32,783 nt of DNA from Streblomastix strix (lineage: Eukaryota): contig SNRW01000065.1 in the NCBI GenBank assembly GCA_008636045.1, positions 1 to 32,783 of the forward strand. The letters are read 5' to 3'. The notes below the pieces were generated by a model that saw nothing but the letters and a program-made list of their open reading frames with translations, did not search any database and was not told the origin of the DNA. The number at the start of each line of letters is the position of its first letter. Position 1 is the stretch's first letter. The position numbers were made by a program, and so were the translations under genes. Below, piece after piece: positions 28,201 through 32,783 of this stretch.

Positions 28201-31200
28201 TTAATAAGCTAACACTTCATCTTCGATAATAAATACAACAAATTCAATTTCAACACAATTAAAAAATGAATAATAATAAATAACAAAAAATTTATTGTCT
28301 ATTTCAAGTCTATTTTAAGAAATAACAAATAATTAGTTATATTAATCTTCATTCCAACTTGTTTCTTCTTAATCATATGAATAAAAATAGATAATTAAGA
28401 AATATATGAAATAAAAGTAAATTCCAAAATCCAAATAAAATATCAATGAAAATGAGGAGGATAATTAGATTGTAAATGATGTACAATTTCAGCCAAAATC
28501 ATTATTTGAAATTAGTTTGTATGATGCAATTGAAAGATTAAAATAGTAAATAAATAAATAAAAAGTAATACAGAGTAAAAATGAATAAAATGCAAAGCAG
28601 AGTAAATTAAAGAAAAAAGATAATAATTCAAGTTCAAATTCAACATTAACTCAATCACCAATAATATAAGATAACAATTTATTAATAGATAACTAATAAT
28701 TGGATGATGGAGGAGCATAGAAAACATAATAATTATAATTACAACTATTAACAATATTAGAATGTGTTGAAAGTATTATAAATGATTATATTGAAATTAT
28801 AGGAAGAAAGAATAATACTAACAAAGATGTTTTTTAAACGATGAACTCAATACCAGGTATTTTATTTGGTATATCTAATCAGTATTAGATGTAATTATAA
28901 AATAGAGTACCTCCTCTTTCTTAACCTTCAACTGATTTGATATAATATTTAAATAATAAAGAATATTAAGATTAACTGTAATTATTATATGTCAATGAAT
29001 AAAATAATTAGTAGAATAATATTGAATATGAATAATTTTATGATCTTCCACATCAATTCATTATTAATCTTCTTCCATCACTTTCATCACTTACCTCTTC
29101 AGTATTTCCTTTATTCATTAGAGTTAAAGCAATGAGAATTATAACATAATTAATTCCATATTTTATTGACGTTGCTCCTATAAACTTGAATCCAAATAAT
29201 ACAGGTAGTAATTAATCATCATTATCATATACATCATCATCGTTATAATAGTCTTAATCACTACAAATTAAAGCAGACAGGTAGATAATAAATATTTCTC
29301 TTCTAGAAATGCTCATTGATTCAATTCTTTTTTCATTTAATACTTTGATGGATGATACATTTTAAATACAGTATAATAAAGATAATATATTCTTCCAATA
29401 TTTTAATTATGTTGAGTAATTATTTAATTCTAACAATAATAATGATAATGCAAATGAAAATCAATAATCATTATTATTCAATTAATTCATACTTGAACAA
29501 TCTTTCAATCCTTAAACATCTACATTAAAAAGCAAATAAAAGAATAAGAAGCAGAATAAGAAAATTTCATTGTTAATTGATCTCATACCATTTTCATTCA
29601 GGCTTCCGATTTCTGCTCTTTACTCGTCTTTTCAATCAAAATAGAAACAATAATAAGAAGTTACAAATGCCTATAATAACATATCAGCTCCTTCATACTT
29701 CACTAATTAATTACTTTTCTTATGTTTGACATTATTAACATAATCTTAATCATGCTTTGATTATATTACGCAATAATAATTTAACATTCATAAGCATAAA
29801 TAGGAAAAAAGTGATACAATAAAATTTCAATTTTAAATATATTGTGAGCAAGATAATAATTTAGGAATTGAATATTTATGCCCCAAAACTTCTCATTTGA
29901 ATAAAAATTACAAACCAATAAGCAATTCAATTCTTTCTACAATTTCTTCTTCATCAATCAAATAAATAAATTCAATCAATTATATATTAACATCATTATA
30001 ATAAAGAATGTCTAGATTGTCTGAAGTTATCTCATTTTTATTTGTTCATAGATCACGAATAGAAGTAGATTAGGACATTAGAAAGGAAGGATTAATTTGG
30101 GAAAGAAAATCTGAAGACATTCCAATATTTTCCCATTTTTGTATTTATTCTCCAACTGCTTTATAAAAGAATGAATCAAATAGTTCAATTGATATTAATA
30201 TTAACTCTCCATTTTCTTCGCAATTAAATAGAAAAATGGAATATAAATGGATTCTTAGGCAATATTCAACAACAATTGCTCCATTGACTAACATGATGTC
30301 TTCATTGTTTATACGATCACATAGCGAATATGAATTGGTTAGAGAATAAGATTATTTTACATTCAAATAAAAATAAAATAAGATATTGATACCGTCCACA
30401 TCTCTATTTCATGCAATTTGGTTCCATTCATTGTTTTAAATCCCTTAATTTTTGTTATCTCCATATCCTCTGTCGCCAAAGCTAACAAGATTGCATTAAT
30501 ATAATTTATAGAAATAAATTAATTCGTAAACAAAATCTTAAAATGAATAATAAATATAAATATTATTAGAATAATAATAATAAAATAATAATTCTAATAA
30601 ATTGGATCTTTCATACACATCAATTAAATTATGCCTGCCTGACGATTATTCAAATAGTATTTCATTATACTTTTAATCGCACACATCATCATCATTAAAT
30701 AAATAAGGATTAATAGCTGGAATGATACTATCTTAATTGAGCATGATCTCAGATTCGTTGACATCTGCAATATTTATGCCGGAAATATTAATTGATTTAA
30801 ATGGGTAATAAAAACAGTAAAAAGATAAAAAATAAAAGCTAAAACAAGAAGATGGCTGGTATCCATCATTAATACCATAAATTATTGTATTAATAAAATA
30901 GATTATGTTATTAGATTTAAATAATGAAAGTGTATAAAGAACATTGTTAATGAGAAAGGATCCTCTAATTAAAGTAGAAGATATAATTTGTAGTGTAACT
31001 GATTCATCTTAACAATTCGCTATAATGTAAGGATAATCATTATCAAAAAGTGTTAATACGAACTTTGCTGATGAGTTGCATGCCTTTAACGTTTTAATTA
31101 ACTTTGTAAATGATATACGACGACTTCTTAAAACTATTAAAACATATGAAAAAGAGAAGAAAAATGAAGAAGATGGATAAATAAATACAAAGTAACCTCC

Positions 31201-31462
31201 GAGCACATATCGATTAGCACAAACTCATCGCAGAACACCATCTCAATCTTAATTATAACCAGAATAATCATCAAACTCTATTCAGGCAGAAAATATACCC
31301 CAAAATATCATTCCAATTCATTCTGACCCTAAATAACCTCCTTAAGTAATTCCTCTTACAACTCAGAAGACAAATGACACAACAACAAAAAATGAGCAGC
31401 ATCCACCAATACCACCTCCGTCACGAACAATGGCGAGCAATTAACAGAAGCCACCAAAGTGA
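1207..31462 (+). CDS. Giant ubiquitin carboxyl-terminal hydrolase (peptidase C19, USP9X/USP24/USP34-like), ~10,001 aa; exons 1207-1309, 1365-1509, 1570-1942, 2018-2236, 2297-31462; table 6
   Basis: Frame +2 has no TGA from 1367 to the stop at 31460-31462 (...QQKPPK*). Begins MSDNKNKVRIDESVDKTVLRSLQQIQSRITSSNIS. Contains the USP motifs GMKNTSNLCYISSLLSQLF, QQDISEFL, LFGG, LPNTIIFELKR, KVNQRFEFP, YKLVGIVCHSGTAQGGHYISY, WICFND, ECYGG and SAYLLFYER in canonical order. Modelled exons total 30,006 nt. The start codon and 5' exon structure are less certain than the main ORF. Confidence 0.93.
1310..1364 (+). other. Spliceosomal intron 1 (55 nt, GT-AG, phase 1)
   Basis: GTATAG...ATCATAG, T-rich. Its removal is needed to join the frame +1 exon 1 to frame +2 (T|CT = Ser). 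Confidence 0.8.
1510..1569 (+). other. Putative intron 2 (60 nt, GT-AG, phase 2, in-frame, no TGA)
   Basis: GTTTGC donor, TACTAA branch-like motif, pyrimidine tract ending TTTTTTAG. T-rich compared with the flanking exons. Confidence 0.7.
1943..2017 (+). other. Putative intron 3 (75 nt, GT-AG, phase 0, in-frame, no TGA)
   Basis: GTTTGC donor identical to intron 2, T-rich body, TTTTTAG acceptor. Confidence 0.7.
2237..2296 (+). other. Putative intron 4 (60 nt, GT-AG, phase 0, in-frame, no TGA)
   Basis: GTTTTA donor, T-rich body, GAACAG acceptor. Confidence 0.65.
8213..8380 (+). repeat. Coding (TCA/TCT)n trinucleotide tract, poly-Ser (56 codons: 55 Ser, 1 Thr)
   Basis: Read directly in frame +2. 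The poly-His/Leu ORF 8175..8510 in the track is an off-frame reading of this tract. Confidence 0.95.
10049..10220 (+). other. Probable ubiquitin-like (beta-grasp) domain within the giant USP
   Basis: VFYLQINVLPFGIHKIPITKYDCIQTIRIKISKLIKQNSSKIKIYLYGIDI shows a beta-beta-alpha-beta pattern. It lies N-terminal of the catalytic domain, as the UBL domain does in USP9X/USP24. Confidence 0.55.
11252..11476 (+). repeat. Coding hexamer repeat (GATAAA/GATAAG/AATAAA), Lys-Asp/Glu/Asn dipeptide tract
   Basis: Frame +2 reads ...KEKDKEKKKEKKKDIDKDKDKDKDKMKDKEKDKDKDKDKNKDKDKDKDKDKDKNKDKNKDKNKDK. Confidence 0.9.
17858..20101 (+). other. USP (peptidase C19) catalytic domain, ~750 codons including large insertions
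   Basis: Catalytic Cys TGT 17885-17887; QQD box 18395-18403; catalytic His CAT 19490-19492; Asn-Asp 19598-19603; terminal AYLLFYER. Confidence 0.93.
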
Positions 31463-31689
31463 TTTGTATTATTTATTTATTTGTAAAATAAAACTTAATT
31501 TCTTTTTGAGTTATATTTATTAAAAATTTGCTTTGCTTTTTACTATATTTCGTTCTGATAAAATATCAAATAGACTGAGAAAAACAATAAAAAAATTTAT
31601 TACTTTTCAACATTCAGTCATAAGTTCAAAAATAAATATATTAAGTATGAATTTTAAGAATTTTAGTTAATTTTATAATTTATTAGACC

Positions 31690-31715
31690 TTGAGTAAAAA
31701 ATATTTTTTACTCAA
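31690..31715. repeat. Perfect 26-bp palindrome TTGAGTAAAAAATATTTTTTACTCAA
   Basis: The sequence equals its own reverse complement. It lies about 230 nt downstream of the USP stop codon. Confidence 0.9.
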
Positions 31716-31749
31716 TATAAAAAGCAAGAATAAAAGATAAATCCACTTC

Positions 31750-32050
31750 ATAACATTTCCATAATCCTGCTTATTATTATTCATTTTTATCTTATTCTAA
31801 TAATTCATTTATCATCAATCTAATCATCATCTCATAATTTATTTACTTAACTTAATTGAAATTAATTCGAATCAATATCTTCATATTCTCCTTCAATTTC
31901 AATTTATTCACAAATATTTTGAATCATTCCATTTACTTCTTTGGCTTTATTTTCTATTAGTAGTATAGTATGAAGAACTTTGCCGCATGTTCAAAATCAT
32001 TAATTTTCAGATCAATCGGTCTACGCTAATTGAATAGCTATAGCCCCTTG
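31750..32050 (-). pseudogene. Degenerate minus-strand coding fragment
   Basis: One frame reads KVLHTILLIENKAKEVNGMIQNICEQIEIEGEYEDIDSNQFQLSQVNKL*DDDQIDDK*. It is flanked by in-frame TGAs (31993, 31834) and needs a frameshift to join the upstream RRPIDLKINDFEHAAK. Codon-like composition but no intact ORF. Confidence 0.35.
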
Positions 32051-32164
32051 ATCTGAAAATACGTGATTCTGAGCATACGGCAGCCAATCTCCATCCAAAC
32101 GATCGTATAGACATATCGGAAAGCATTATTTCACCACACTGATGTGTACCATGAATAAATAAAC

Positions 32165-32197
32165 ATTAATCCATATAATTAATCCATATAATTAATC
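32165..32197. repeat. Tandem repeat of a 13-bp unit ATTAATCCATATA (about 2.5 copies)
   Basis: Seen directly: ATTAATCCATATA ATTAATCCATATA ATTAATC. Confidence 0.85.
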
Positions 32198-32575
32198 TTG
32201 TGTGCGGTTACGGAGCATTATTCATTTTCGTGTGTGATTACAGCAATTGGTAGTACCAACTTTGTTGGCGGCATCGTAGATGCTAGTAAATGTGTATTAT
32301 TAATTGTATCGTTAATCGTTATGATTTTCTAGTGTTACTACTTAATAAATAAAAAGTAAATTTAAGTGGGGTAATGAGAAAAGTTAATTTGTTTATTAAT
32401 GTGTGTAATGCAGCACGTGGGATTGTTTGTTTGGTTTGATTTTTAGTTAAGTAGTTTATAATAATTAAATATATTGATATATTAAATAAAAATTAGTTTG
32501 TAAATAGAAATGCAATGGTTAGCGTTTTTTCATAAAAAATACTAAAAATATTTTGTTAAAAAATTTAATAAAAAC

Positions 32576-32783
32576 CCTGAATTGGGGCTGCTGCCACAAC
32601 CCCTTCAGGTACTATTCATCACAGCTGTGGTAGCATTTATGCCGCAAGCTTTGCTTGTATTATCAACCCTCGTGAAGTGTTGAGGACTGTTGCAATGTCT
32701 GCCAACATTGGCTATAGGGGGGAATCGATCTTGTACACTGAAGCCGCAGTTTCGGTGTGGCAGCACCTACGCTACGACCCCAG
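32576..32783. other. GC-richer, self-complementary element truncated by the window end (candidate structured RNA or mobile-element fragment)
   Basis: Abrupt shift to roughly 50% GC. Stems include CCTGAA..GGGG/CCCC-TTCAGG, TGCTGCCACA/TGTGGCAGCA, TCAAC/GTTGA and CAATGT/ACATTG. I could not match it to a known RNA family by eye. Confidence 0.35.

Noticed and set aside
4575..31206. All 30 short ORFs in the supplied track
   Set aside because: They are off-frame or antisense readings of low-complexity parts of the giant gene, computed with TAA/TAG as stops. None is in the real frame.
1207..31462. Stop-riddled pseudogene or non-coding AT-rich DNA
   Set aside because: Only TAA/TAG interrupt the frame, never TGA over about 10,000 codons, and they fall at conserved Gln sites. 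Catalytic motifs are intact.
32571..32580. AAAACCCTGA as a telomeric repeat
   Set aside because: Single imperfect copy with no tandem array.
32660..32760. HDV-like or hammerhead ribozyme (CCTCGT loop; minus-strand CGAAAC)
   Set aside because: P1/P2 pairings could not be completed and there is no CUGANGA core on either strand.

Overview
Very AT-rich eukaryotic DNA read with the TAA/TAG=Gln code (translation table 6, TGA as the only stop). The supplied standard-code ORF track is therefore mostly artefact. Under table 6 about 92% of the window is one + strand gene (1207..31462): four short 5' exons and a 29.2-kb terminal exon in which I found no in-frame TGA. It encodes a ~10,000-aa USP9X/USP24/USP34-like ubiquitin-specific protease (peptidase C19) with an intact Cys/His/Asn-Asp catalytic triad, a probable UBL domain, and many Gln-, Ser-, Asn- and Lys/Glu-rich inserts. 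The 5' end of a divergent gene lies at the left edge. At the right edge are a 26-bp perfect palindrome, a decayed minus-strand gene fragment and a GC-richer, self-complementary element cut by the window end. The code, short GT-AG introns and composition suggest an oxymonad such as Streblomastix or another table-6 protist (inference only). All translation was done by hand.
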